Below, in pieces: positions 28,517 to 38,220 of a stretch of 64,000 nucleotides of DNA. The DNA comes from an uncultured delta proteobacterium (GTDB taxonomy: Bacteria; Desulfobacterota; Syntrophia; Syntrophales; UBA2185). A program made the position numbers and the translations under genes. Position 1 is the first letter of the stretch. Every line of letters starts with the position of its first letter. The notes under the pieces were generated by a model. It searched no databases. It saw only the letters and a list, made by a program, of their open reading frames with translations, and had not been told where the DNA came from. The DNA is taken from positions 64,001 through 128,000 of the forward strand of contig CAVSPA010000003.1 in the NCBI GenBank assembly GCA_963729715.1, in the 5' to 3' direction.

Positions 28517-28792
28517 TTACTCCTTCTTTTTGGTGTGTGTATGTTCGTGGATCTCTTCATCATGGAGCGGATGATCGTGCTCATGGGTACCATGATCTCC
28601 CTTATGTTCATGGTCATGCACATGAGAGTCCCCGATATGTTTATGCTCATGCAAATGTTCGTGCAGATGTTCGTGGGCGTGTTTATGCTTATGATCGTGG
28701 CTGTGCTTCGTATCACCATGGGCGTGGTCATGCTCGTGGTCATGGGTGTGCGGATGTCCATGTAAATGCTTGTGCTCATGCTTTCCTTTCAT
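28517..28792 (-). CDS. Small histidine-rich protein (putative Ni/metal storage or chaperone)
   Basis: RBS GGAGG, 91 aa, 35 His mostly in (HX)n runs; followed by hairpin CCACCGAC-AAG-GTCGGTGG at 28494-28512. Confidence 0.8.
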   Translation of the reverse strand: MKGKHEHKHLHGHPHTHDHEHDHAHGDTKHSHDHKHKHAHEHLHEHLHEHKHIGDSHVHDHEHKGDHGTHEHDHPLHDEEIHEHTHTKKKE

Positions 28793-29183
28793 AATGCCTC
28801 CTTCCATGACTTGGGGTGTAGTAAATTTAAATATATTTCGAATGCTTTTATCAACCTTCAGTTTATAAGCGGATATTAAGTCAGAGTTCTTCATGTTTCA
28901 ATATATAAATAGTGGATGGGGTTACATTTTTTGATTACTATCGATTGAAATGTTGCATGGATAATTTGACTTAGAAGAACAACAGTACAGTTACAAATAC
29001 AATGTTTATCAGAAAATTTCACGCTAAGAACTATGCACCTTTCATCCCGTTATTAATAGGCTGCTCTGAAAAACCAATAAGTTGATTTGTATTTGTTATA
29101 CTCAACTCCAACCACATGCAATTTCCATTTTCCCTTGACAAAATCCTTCCGCCTTTCTATCGTCACGCCACTGGATTTCTCAT

Positions 29184-31289
29184 ATGGAGCAAAATGATGA
29201 ACAGCCGTGCCCCGGTGCGGCGGGAGGAACAGCGAGCATGAGCATGTGCGATAGAAACGTCGGCAGCAAGAGCGGGTTCTGTTTCCGGAGGTTTTTGCTG
29301 ATTCTGCTACTGATCCTGCTGTTGCCCGTTTACTCAGTAGCCGAAAATCTTACCTGTAACCGCCTACCCATGCTGATGCAAGGGTTACTAACCAAACACT
29401 ACGTAACGAAGAATATGACCGGGGAGATCAACACTCACGCCGTCGACCAGATGATCAAGAGGATTGACCCCTCTAGAACGCTGCTGTATGAGTCCGATTT
29501 GGAAAGGCTAAAATCGGCTCTAGAAGGCGCGTTTGCTCGCATGCACGCGGGCAACTGTGAGGTGCTGCAGCAGGTTTACGACGTGCTCGTCGCGCGGGCG
29601 CGGGAGAACGAGGCCATCGTCAAAAAGATTTTGGGACCGGACTATCAACTCGACGAGACGCTGGAGCTGAACGTCAACGTGGACAAGCGCCCCTATGTGA
29701 AGACGACCGCGGAAAAGCATGAGCTCCTAAGGAAAGTCGTGCAATTCCAGATTGAAAGCGCCATGCTGGCAGGCGCCGACTTGGCGGAAGCCAAGAAGCA
29801 GCAGATTCACCAGTATGAACTGCAGACGATGCGGGTAGTCGAGCGCAATCCCGAAAAGCTCATTACGAGCGCCGCCAAGGCTTTCGCCCTGGCCTTGGAT
29901 CCGCACACGAACTATCTATCCCCCGAAAACCTTGCGGACTTCGACATTCAGATGCAGCATTCCCTGGAGGGGATCGGGGCCTCCCTCAGCAGCGATAACG
30001 GCTTTACCGTTATTGAGGAGTTGATTCCCGGCGGAGGCGCCGAGCGCTCGGGCCTGCTGAAGTTAAAGGACAAGATCATCGCTGTGGCCCAGGAAGGGGA
30101 AAAACCCGTTAACGTCATCGATATGGACCTGTCCGACGTTATCAAGATGATCCGTGGCAAAAAAGGCACGAAGGTAACCCTGACAATCCTGCGACAGGCA
30201 GAACACACGAACCGCTTCGACGTCACTATCACGCGTGACAAGATCGACATCAAGGAACAGGAGGCCAAGATCAACTACGAGACACGGACAGTTGGCGGCA
30301 GGCAGTACCGGTTTGGTGTGATCGATCTTCCTTCCTTCTATGGCGACGAGAAGGAAAACACGTCCTGCTATGAAGACGTGAAAAACCTTCTCGCGGAGGC
30401 CAAACGTCAGCATGTCGATGGGATCGTACTGGATCTGTCCCGCAACGGGGGCGGGCTACTCGGAGAGGCGGTGCGCCTTGCTGGCCTTTTTCTTGACAAG
30501 GGTGGAATCGTGGCGACCAAGGACAACGACGAGCAGGTGACTATTCTCGCCAACGGTTCAGCCGCATCGGGGACGGAGGGCGACAAGATCAAGGTGATTA
30601 CGTTCCCCGCGGAAGACCCCCGCGCGGTCTATACGGGACCCCTCGTCGTACTGACGAGCCGCCTGAGCGCGTCGGCCAGCGAGATCGTGGCAGGTGCTCT
30701 CAAAGACTACCATCGTGCTGTGATCGTCGGATCGGACCATACCTTCGGCAAGGGGTCTGTGCAGGCACTGATGTCCCTGCCCTGGGATCTGGGCGGCATA
30801 ACAGTCACAACGGCGCTGTACTTCCTACCCGGCGGCAAGTCTACACAGAAGATGGGCGTAGAAGCGGATGTGCGGCTGCCTATCTGGTTCATTCTCGAAG
30901 ATGTTGGTGAAACGGCTCTGGATTACCCGCTTCCGGCCCAGGCGATCACGTCCTTCCTCGGCGTCCCGGGAAACGCCGCGCCGCTCTGGAAACCTGTGGG
31001 GCAGCCGATGATCGCGGAACTGGCAGCAAGGTCCAAGGCCCGAGTCGCCAAAGACGCGAAGTTCGCCGAGATCATCAAGAACAACAAAGAAGCCGCCGGC
31101 AAGAAGGGCGTGATACGGCTTTCAGACTTACGCAAGGGGATGGAGAAAGAAAACGGCGGCCAGAAGAAGGAAACGCTTACTGAGCTTAAGCAGAAAGCTC
31201 GGGACCAGTATGCTCCCTTCGTGAACGAGAGCGTCAACGTTCTACTCGATATGGTGACGCTGGGTCCAGCCATGCCTGCGCAGCAGTAA
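29184..31289 (+). CDS. prc: Carboxy-terminal processing (tail-specific) protease, S41A; start uncertain
   Basis: LDPHTNY, LEGIGA, PDZ, DLSRNGGG, SASASEIVAG, TFGKGSVQ. Confidence 0.92.
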   Translation: MEQNDEQPCPGAAGGTASMSMCDRNVGSKSGFCFRRFLLILLLILLLPVYSVAENLTCNRLPMLMQGLLTKHYVTKNMTGEINTHAVDQMIKRIDPSRTLLYESDLERLKSALEGAFARMHAGNCEVLQQVYDVLVARARENEAIVKKILGPDYQLDETLELNVNVDKRPYVKTTAEKHELLRKVVQFQIESAMLAGADLAEAKKQQIHQYELQTMRVVERNPEKLITSAAKAFALALDPHTNYLSPENLADFDIQMQHSLEGIGASLSSDNGFTVIEELIPGGGAERSGLLKLKDKIIAVAQEGEKPVNVIDMDLSDVIKMIRGKKGTKVTLTILRQAEHTNRFDVTITRDKIDIKEQEAKINYETRTVGGRQYRFGVIDLPSFYGDEKENTSCYEDVKNLLAEAKRQHVDGIVLDLSRNGGGLLGEAVRLAGLFLDKGGIVATKDNDEQVTILANGSAASGTEGDKIKVITFPAEDPRAVYTGPLVVLTSRLSASASEIVAGALKDYHRAVIVGSDHTFGKGSVQALMSLPWDLGGITVTTALYFLPGGKSTQKMGVEADVRLPIWFILEDVGETALDYPLPAQAITSFLGVPGNAAPLWKPVGQPMIAELAARSKARVAKDAKFAEIIKNNKEAAGKKGVIRLSDLRKGMEKENGGQKKETLTELKQKARDQYAPFVNESVNVLLDMVTLGPAMPAQQ

Positions 31290-31585
31290 CGGCAGGCCGA
31301 GGCGGGTATGTCGGGACGTTGAACAAGCGGCGGGCCGCCAGGCGCAGTTCGTTTTTAAAAGAGGGGCTCTCTTTTTCCTTCCAGGAATCGCCTTAATGAT
31401 GAAGTCAGCAAGGGGTTGGCTGTAACAGAATTCCTCAACAAGTACGCAGTCGAGAATTGCATTGTCAGCAAGAGGACGGGCAACGTAATGGGGATAGCCT
31501 GAAAAACCGATGACTCGCAATTGGTAATGTGCAAGAGTGATCAAAGAAAAAATGAAATGCGCCGGTTATTTGGTTACACCTACAA

Positions 31586-31696
31586 TGTCACGCAAGGCTG
31601 TCTTATCGAGAATCAATGATAACTTTTTGTACTGTTGAATATACCACCATCTATTTTCTATCCAACTCTGTCTTCACGGCCAGTCCCAGTTTTTCT
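31586..31696. repeat. About 110-bp direct repeat, copy 2
   Basis: Matches 10798-10908. Confidence 0.85.
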
Positions 31697-31791
31697 ATGA
31701 CATAGGGATTTTTCACATTGGCGCCCGCACCGAGGGCCTGGGCAGCATGCACGCGATCAGCCTCCGGGAAACCGCTGACGATAATCGCCCG
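31651..31791 (-). pseudogene. Relic C-terminus of a response-regulator receiver domain (hybrid kinase type)
   Basis: Manual translation RAIIVSGFPEADRVHAAQALGAGANVKNPYVIEKLGLAVKTELDRK*. Confidence 0.75.
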
Positions 31792-31966
31792 ACATCCATC
31801 AGTCACGGGAAAAATATTTCTTTACGGGTCGGCCCGCATCGCGGCAGGCAAAGAGGTCCGGTGTGATCGCCCGATAGACGAAGGTGCTCTGAATCCCGAT
31901 ACTGGTGATGTCTGCCATCCGGGTTTCGTTTGTACGCGTAACGGTTGGGCTCTGTCCTGTTGGGCA

Positions 31967-32854
31967 TTATGTGGGTGTCGCAGTCCTCCGGGTACGGACA
32001 ATCTTGGCGACAATCCAGGTGATTGCGTAAAATGCACCCAAGAGAACGACATCCGCTGGACCGACAGGCAAATCCAATCTATATGCGATGCAGAAACCGA
32101 GGAAAGCGGCCACGCCACCGATAGAAGGGGCCAGCAGCGTAAACTGGTACATGTTGCGAACAACGAGGTGCGCCGTCAAAGCAGGAATCAGAAGGAAACC
32201 GAACGCGATCAGCGGGCCGACGCTGAGCACTGCCATCGAAACAGTCAGGCCGATCAGTAAATAGAGCAGCACGTCCCAGAAAATGACATTCTTGCGCAGG
32301 ATGATTGCCATCTCGCGGTCAAACGAGACAAGGAGCAACTCCTTGTGGAACAGTCCCAGCACTATGATGACGAGCGTAAGCGTGGCCGCCGTCAGCCCAA
32401 GATCGAAATTGGAGATGGCGATGACCTCTCCTTTCAGCATATCGAGCCAACCGATTTCGCCGTAAGGGTTTTTTGACAGCAACAGAATGCTCATCGCGGC
32501 GGCCACCACGTATGCGGTGCCAAGTCGGCCTTCGGGTTGTCCACGCCCGCCTCTTTCCAAAAACGCCAGCACCATGATCGCGGTCAACGAGAATGTAATT
32601 GAGCCGACAAACGCAAGCGTGTGCGCGCTGTGTGAGCTATGTTCGGACAGATTGAATCCGAGCCACAATGGAAGCGAGAGGGCGATAGCAACGCCTGTCG
32701 AAGAAATCTGCGGCAGCGCCACGCCCAAGAACACCAGTCGGCGCAGCACGAGAAACACTCCCACGAGCGGGCAGGCGAGACCAACGAGCACGCTGGTGTA
32801 TATCGAATTGCGCAGGAGAAAATCGGGTGAGAGAATCTGATAAAGTGTTTCCAT
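31967..32854 (-). CDS. Zn/Mn-type metal ABC transporter permease
   Basis: LVGVFLVLRRLVFLGVALPQ, KELLLVSFDREMA, DLPVGP. Confidence 0.9.
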   Translation of the reverse strand: METLYQILSPDFLLRNSIYTSVLVGLACPLVGVFLVLRRLVFLGVALPQISSTGVAIALSLPLWLGFNLSEHSSHSAHTLAFVGSITFSLTAIMVLAFLERGGRGQPEGRLGTAYVVAAAMSILLLSKNPYGEIGWLDMLKGEVIAISNFDLGLTAATLTLVIIVLGLFHKELLLVSFDREMAIILRKNVIFWDVLLYLLIGLTVSMAVLSVGPLIAFGFLLIPALTAHLVVRNMYQFTLLAPSIGGVAAFLGFCIAYRLDLPVGPADVVLLGAFYAITWIVAKIVRTRRTATPT

Positions 32855-32855
32855 A

Positions 32856-33569
32856 TTAGGCTATCTCCATTTCAAACATTTTCGCCATGCGTTCAGCAGT
32901 TAGAAGTTCTTGAGTTGCGCCGTGGGACATCTTGCCTTCGTGCAGCCAGATGACTTGCTCAGCATAGTGACGCACCGCTGCAAAGTCGTGTGTGACGAGA
33001 ATGACCGTAATTTTCCTTTCTTTGTGGATCTGCGAAATAAACTCCAGCACCAAATGCTTTGTTTCACGGTCCACACTCACGGTGGGCTCATCCAGCACCA
33101 ATACATCGGGGCGCGTCGTCAGGGCGCGGGCAATGAGCACACGCTGTTTCTGGCCGCCTGAGAGTTCGGCAAAGCGCCGATGGGCAAGCCCCTCAGCACC
33201 TGCCGCACGCAGGCATTCGCGAGTGAAGGCGCGTTCGACCTGGGGGACGATACGTCCCGGCCGGACTCGCCCGTACACGCCCATAAGGGCGACGCCGAAC
33301 CCCGTGAGCAGATAAATCGGGTCGAACTGAAAAGCTTGAGGGACGTAGCCGAACTCGAGCGGTGCACCTGTCGATCCGGTATTGATGCGACCCGCGACTG
33401 GTGGAAGCAGTCCAAGCACCGTCTTGATCAGCGTCGATTTCCCCGAGCCATTGGCACCGAGAATGGCGGTGAAACTGGCACGGGCAATAGAGAGTGAAAT
33501 GCCGGACAGCACAGGTTGGTTGTTATAGCCGATACTCAGGTTGTACAGCGTGATGAGTGCTTCATTCAT
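32856..33569 (-). CDS. Metal ABC transporter ATPase
   Basis: GANGSGKS, GYVPQ, LSGGQKQRV, VTHD. Confidence 0.92.
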   Translation of the reverse strand: MNEALITLYNLSIGYNNQPVLSGISLSIARASFTAILGANGSGKSTLIKTVLGLLPPVAGRINTGSTGAPLEFGYVPQAFQFDPIYLLTGFGVALMGVYGRVRPGRIVPQVERAFTRECLRAAGAEGLAHRRFAELSGGQKQRVLIARALTTRPDVLVLDEPTVSVDRETKHLVLEFISQIHKERKITVILVTHDFAAVRHYAEQVIWLHEGKMSHGATQELLTAERMAKMFEMEIA

Positions 33570-33623
33570 AGTCTGTTGTGTGTGTCCGCCCGGAAAGCAC
33601 GGGCGGACACATTCTCCTTATTT

Positions 33624-34556
33624 TTATTTTCTCGATTGTACGGCAGTGACCGTTGTATTAATAATGTAATCCATCATCTTGATGTACGTTTCCGTATGCG
33701 GTACGCCGCCCGGCATAATGGGGAGAGTTATCATGGTTGCGCCGGTCTGCTCGGCGATTCTTTTTGGCACCTTTTCAGGAAACTGCGGCTCGCGCACGAC
33801 GATGGCAACATGCTCGGCCTTCATTGCTGTGACCAATTCCTGGATGTGACGCGGGGTCGGGTCGATACCCGGCTTCAGCTCAATCGTGCCGAAATAGTTC
33901 AAGCCGAAGCGTGCCGCGAAGTATGGCCAATGCTCGTGGTAGGATACAAACTTCGTCCCCCTGAGTGGCTTAACCGCTTTCTCCCATTCGGCAATCTTGG
34001 CATTGAGTTTGGTGAGATAAGCGTCGCGATTGCGCGTGAATTCAGCTTTATGCTGCGGCGCAAACGCCACCAGTGCGTTATAGATGTTCGCGATCGCAGT
34101 CTCTGCCAATACTGGATCGAGCACGTAGTGCGGATTGCCGTAGGGATGAACGTCGCCTTCGGAATGATCGGTTGATTTGGGCACGTCGCGCGGGATGATC
34201 CCCTTGGAGCAGTCAACATAACCGGGCTTATATATCTGAATACGCGGGTTCTTGCTCGCCTCCAGGAGAGCGGGAAGGAAGGCGTGCTCGCAATCAAACC
34301 CCACCAGGATCATCAGGTCCGCCCGGTTCATCATCGGCACGAAGCTCGGTTTCATCGGCACCCCGTGGGTGTCTTCGACGCCGGTCGCCAGGCTGTGAAC
34401 GTCGACCAGGTCGCCGCCGACGGCACGCGCAAAATCCGCCAGGTCGGTAAGCGTTGTAACGACGCGGATCTTCTCGGCGTGAGCGGGGGTTGCCCACCCG
34501 CACAATACACCGGTGAGCGCGATGATAAATAATAGACAATATAACTTAGATTTCAT
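33624..34556 (-). CDS. Metal ABC transporter substrate-binding protein (ZnuA/TroA family)
   Basis: EDTHG, GDVHPYGNPHYVLDP, SYHEHWPYF, ELKPGIDPTPRH. Confidence 0.92.
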   Translation of the reverse strand: MKSKLYCLLFIIALTGVLCGWATPAHAEKIRVVTTLTDLADFARAVGGDLVDVHSLATGVEDTHGVPMKPSFVPMMNRADLMILVGFDCEHAFLPALLEASKNPRIQIYKPGYVDCSKGIIPRDVPKSTDHSEGDVHPYGNPHYVLDPVLAETAIANIYNALVAFAPQHKAEFTRNRDAYLTKLNAKIAEWEKAVKPLRGTKFVSYHEHWPYFAARFGLNYFGTIELKPGIDPTPRHIQELVTAMKAEHVAIVVREPQFPEKVPKRIAEQTGATMITLPIMPGGVPHTETYIKMMDYIINTTVTAVQSRK

Positions 34557-34569
34557 ATTGAATTTCTCC

Positions 34570-36039
34570 TTAACGTTGCTGCCAGCCATGCGAGTGTGAG
34601 CCGATGATCCATGCCCACTGCAGATAAACGGCATTATCGTCGGGCCTGCCGGACGCGGCGTTGCGCTCGGTGTACGTGTACTGAAGGCGCAGTTGACTCC
34701 AGTGACTCATTACCCAGGTGATGTAAGGCGAGTAGGCGTAGGTTTTGTCTTCATTATTCACCTGGTTCTCTACATATTCAAACAGGAACCCGGTTGACCA
34801 CTGGCGATGGAACTTGTACGTGAGATACGAGTACAGTCCGAGGGAGCCGACGGACTGGCTGGGGAGGGGGGTTCCCGATGGATCGGTTACGTCGTAGCGG
34901 TTATCGCTGTAGAGCACTTCCGTGCCCCATGTGAGGCTTTCGAACTGATTGTTGCGCAGCGGCTTGTAGCTTACAACCCAGTCTACTCCCCAAAGGCGTC
35001 GCTCGCGTTCGGTGAAGGTGTTGCCGGCTACTGTAGGAAGCGGAGGATTAACACCGCCGGGGTCTGCCCACTGTGCATCCGTACTTGGATTCCACAGGAC
35101 TGAAATGCCTGGTTCGAATGAGATATCGGGAGTCAGGTCGAAATATGTGGACAAGCGGCTCCAGTAATTTAACCCGCTGCCGTTACGGAAATCGCCGACA
35201 TAGTTTGGCGGATTATCGCCACCGAACTGATTGCCCACGCCGACGGTCAGGCTCACGTAGTGCTCGATCGGCACCAGCCAATTAAGCTGCAATCCGTCCG
35301 TCCTAGATTCACCGCCGATATATTGGGCGAGCGGCAGCGGACGGTTGACGAATGGCAGTTCATGGTCATGAATATACCCCAGTCGGCCGAACTCGCCGAA
35401 GAACCGTCCTGCCTTCAGCTCCAGGTTCCACGGCAGCGACGTCGTCTGCAGCGCGGCCTCTTCGACTCCCAAAGTCGCTTCGCCGGTAATCGGGTCGGCT
35501 GACGCGTTGACCACCGCGTAGGCCTTGGCAAACGGGTCCACAGCCGCCGCCACATTCAATTCCATTGAACGTTGAAACATATCAAACCCGCCGGGACGAT
35601 CGCTTCCCGTCTGCGTCGATCCCTTACTGCGATAACCGAAGACTGTCTCACCCACGAGCCCGATGGAGGGATTGAAAATGCCCGGGGAAGTCCTCGTCTG
35701 AGCTTCGGCCACCTGCTCCACCTTCTCCTTCAGCTCTTGCACTTGCTGCCGAATATCGCCTGACGGCGCCGCCTGCTCGGCAGCAACGCCCTCAGGCTGT
35801 GATGAGGGATACATCCGTTTGACCTCGGCCTTCAAATCTTCAATCATCTTTCGCTGCTCATCAATAGTTTGCGCCTGCTTCTTTAGGGTTTCCTGGAGGA
35901 CTTTTTGCTCCTGGATGATCTTTCCCTGCTTCTCAAGCGTTTCTTCGAGGGCTTTCAGTCGATCTTCCAAGGTTTGAGCAAATACGCCCGTGGAAAATAA
36001 AAAAACACAAAGCGTGATGAACGTGGTCATGATTTTCAT
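34570..36039 (-). CDS. Outer-membrane beta-barrel (metal-uptake porin-like) protein with N-terminal coiled coil
   Basis: Signal peptide, coiled coil, FNPSIGLV, GRLGYIHDHELPF, C-terminal WIIGSHSHGW. Confidence 0.75.
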   Translation of the reverse strand: MKIMTTFITLCVFLFSTGVFAQTLEDRLKALEETLEKQGKIIQEQKVLQETLKKQAQTIDEQRKMIEDLKAEVKRMYPSSQPEGVAAEQAAPSGDIRQQVQELKEKVEQVAEAQTRTSPGIFNPSIGLVGETVFGYRSKGSTQTGSDRPGGFDMFQRSMELNVAAAVDPFAKAYAVVNASADPITGEATLGVEEAALQTTSLPWNLELKAGRFFGEFGRLGYIHDHELPFVNRPLPLAQYIGGESRTDGLQLNWLVPIEHYVSLTVGVGNQFGGDNPPNYVGDFRNGSGLNYWSRLSTYFDLTPDISFEPGISVLWNPSTDAQWADPGGVNPPLPTVAGNTFTERERRLWGVDWVVSYKPLRNNQFESLTWGTEVLYSDNRYDVTDPSGTPLPSQSVGSLGLYSYLTYKFHRQWSTGFLFEYVENQVNNEDKTYAYSPYITWVMSHWSQLRLQYTYTERNAASGRPDDNAVYLQWAWIIGSHSHGWQQR

Positions 36040-36132
36040 TATAGACACCTCCATCGTTTTGCAAAGATAAAGTGCAACTGTTCAAACCTCTCTGTCGGTT
36101 TGGCAGCCTAAGACATTACTTGGATTGATAGA

Positions 36133-36423
36133 TTACGCCTGCGAAGTTAAGGGAGGTGCCCTGTAGGCAAATGTGGGAAAAATCGGCCAGGAAATGTCGA
36201 TTATTTCCGTGTATGAATAAAGATAAGATATATCCTGCTGGAAGGTAAAACCGGCATCACCCTCCGCACCTGCACAGCAAGACGGACCGCTTGCCACGCA
36301 TATAGGGCAATCCGAATGCCGACAACTGTCTTCGTGATGATGAAATCCGATTATGATGATAGAGAAAAGGAAAATGAGAGAAAAAAGGAATACTATTTTC
36401 TGGCGGTGCAATATTGAAAACAT
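36133..36423 (-). CDS. DUF2946-like leader protein with HHH-CxxC and C-terminal RAPP motif
   Basis: TM segment, HHHEDSCRHSDCPIC, YRAPP near the C-terminus; first ORF of the metal-uptake operon. Confidence 0.75.
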   Translation of the reverse strand: MFSILHRQKIVFLFSLIFLFSIIIIGFHHHEDSCRHSDCPICVASGPSCCAGAEGDAGFTFQQDISYLYSYTEIIDISWPIFPTFAYRAPPLTSQA

Positions 36424-36639
36424 GAATGTAAATTACAGACTATTTCCGTTTTTGTAAATACTTATTTACGGGGCTTCTTTATTTCCAATTGAAACGTCGT
36501 ATTGAAAGCCAGGAAACAAAATTCTCTCTTCCCTAGAAGCAATTGACCCCGGTGCTACGCAACGGTGTTATTCATGGAAGAAACTGGCTTTATTAAATAC
36601 AATTTTATAAAGTAGGCAGCGGGTGCGCCCCGGCAGTCA

Positions 36640-36795
36640 ATATCGACTCCTCACTGGTGTTTTCATACCCGTCTAGAAGCATGGTACCGAGTTTTCTTTG
36701 GTTATTACATTGGTGACAAATCATGTCTTTTCGGCATGTCAGATCCCGTTCAGGAGATTAACCGTTTTTTACCGACTCGGGCCGGGGCATGCCCC
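36640..36795 (+). ncRNA. Putative IS110 bridge RNA (target- and donor-binding loops)
   Basis: Two stem-flanked internal loops, each with a left guide ending in AG and a right guide containing CT; outer stem GGCATGTC/GGCATGCC. Confidence 0.55.
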
Positions 36796-36819
36796 AAAAA
36801 CCAATCAGGGGGCAAGTTT

Positions 36820-38220
36820 ATGGGGAACAGTCTTAAAAGGCAACAAAAGAAGTTATCCGTCCAATCTAAGGATTCCGGTATGCTATCCAAGCTTAATTTA
36901 AATGCCGCCGGCATAGATATCGGTGCAGAGGAGCATTATGTCGCCGTCCCCGAAGATCGTGATAAGCGTCCCGTGCGTCCCTTCCGTTGTTTTACATCCG
37001 ATCTTCATGCGATGGCCCAGTGGCTGAAAGAGTGCCGAATCGATAGTGTTGCCATGGAGTCAACGGGTGTTTATTGGATCCCGGTGTTTCAAATTCTTGA
37101 GACTTACGGGTTTGAGGTCAAACTGGTTAATGCCCGGCATGTGAAGAATGTTCCCGGCCGTAAATCGGATGTTCAGGATTGCCAATGGCTGCAAAATCTC
37201 CATGCCTACGGTCTTTTAAGCGGTTCGTTTCGACCGGAAGACCAGATTTGTGTTATGAGGAGTTATTGGCGCCATCGTGACAATCTTCTTCGTTATGCAT
37301 CCTCTCATATCCTGCATATGCAGAAGGCGCTTACGGAGATGAATATCCAGTTGCACAAAGTCATCTCGGACATTACCGGTGTTACCGGCATGCGTATTGT
37401 TCGTGCCATCATTGCCGGTGAACGTGACCCCCTTGTTTTGGCCGACATGAGAGATCGCCGTATTATGTGCAGTGTCCAGGACATCGTCAAATCTCTGGAA
37501 GGGGACTATCGTGAAGAACATATGTTTGCTTTAAAGCAGGCCGTTGAACTTTATGATTTTTATCACCAGAAGATTGAAGCCTGCGACCGGCAGATAGAGA
37601 ATTGTTTGGCCCAATTCGACTCCAAATTAGACATAAACACTAACCCGGTGCCTCCTTCAAAAAAGGCAAACAGAAAGCGAAGACGCAACGAGCCTAAAAT
37701 CGATTTGCATACTCACTTATACCGGATAACCGGCGCCGATTTAACCCGGATTGACGGGTTGGATGTAATGACTGTCCAGACGGTCATTAGCGAGGTTGGC
37801 CTTAATCCTGGATCTTTCCCTACGGAGAAGCATTTTGCATCCTGGCTGGGATTATGCCCGGATAATCGCATTACCGGCGGAAAAGTAAAATCCAGTAAAA
37901 CCCGTAAAGTGGTAAATCGAGCCGCTGAAGCCTTTCGTATGGCCGCTGAATCTTTGCACAGCAGCGCAAGTGCCTTAGGCGCATATTACCGCCGTATGCG
38001 TGCGAGGCTTGGGGCACCCAAAGCGATTACCGCGACAGCCCATAAGCTTGCCCGCATATTCTATCGTCTTTGGAAAAACGGAGAAGCCTATCTGGACCCC
38101 GGAGTAGACTATTATGAACAAAAATACAAAGAACGAGTAATTAAAAATATTAAAACTAAAGCCAAACAATTAGGTTATGCCATTACTTTGGAACCTCTCG
38201 CTAGCAATGTACGTTCTTAG
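36820..38220 (+). CDS. IS110 family transposase/recombinase
   Basis: AAGIDIG, VAMESTGVYW, GRKSDVQDC (DEDD), FASWLGLCP, AITATAHKLAR. Confidence 0.95.
   Translation: MGNSLKRQQKKLSVQSKDSGMLSKLNLNAAGIDIGAEEHYVAVPEDRDKRPVRPFRCFTSDLHAMAQWLKECRIDSVAMESTGVYWIPVFQILETYGFEVKLVNARHVKNVPGRKSDVQDCQWLQNLHAYGLLSGSFRPEDQICVMRSYWRHRDNLLRYASSHILHMQKALTEMNIQLHKVISDITGVTGMRIVRAIIAGERDPLVLADMRDRRIMCSVQDIVKSLEGDYREEHMFALKQAVELYDFYHQKIEACDRQIENCLAQFDSKLDINTNPVPPSKKANRKRRRNEPKIDLHTHLYRITGADLTRIDGLDVMTVQTVISEVGLNPGSFPTEKHFASWLGLCPDNRITGGKVKSSKTRKVVNRAAEAFRMAAESLHSSASALGAYYRRMRARLGAPKAITATAHKLARIFYRLWKNGEAYLDPGVDYYEQKYKERVIKNIKTKAKQLGYAITLEPLASNVRS

Noticed and set aside
28517..28792. Repetitive DNA resembling a CRISPR or tandem array; overlapping Met/Val-rich ORFs on other frames
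   Set aside because: The periodicity comes from His codons; there is no repeat-spacer structure, and the alternative ORFs are shadows
31290..31580. Possible integron attC site or small gene after prc
   Set aside because: No complementary R''/R' boxes or convincing reading frame could be identified
31718..32260. 180-aa plus-strand ORF and similar long antisense ORFs (e.g. 14599-15222, 33516-34175, 53370-54074, 59744-60487)
   Set aside because: Antisense shadows of well-supported genes, with no recognisable motifs
36057..36082. TTGCA-N9-TGCAA as a Zur box upstream of the OM barrel gene
   Set aside because: Spacing differs from the recalled deltaproteobacterial Zur motif and only one instance was seen
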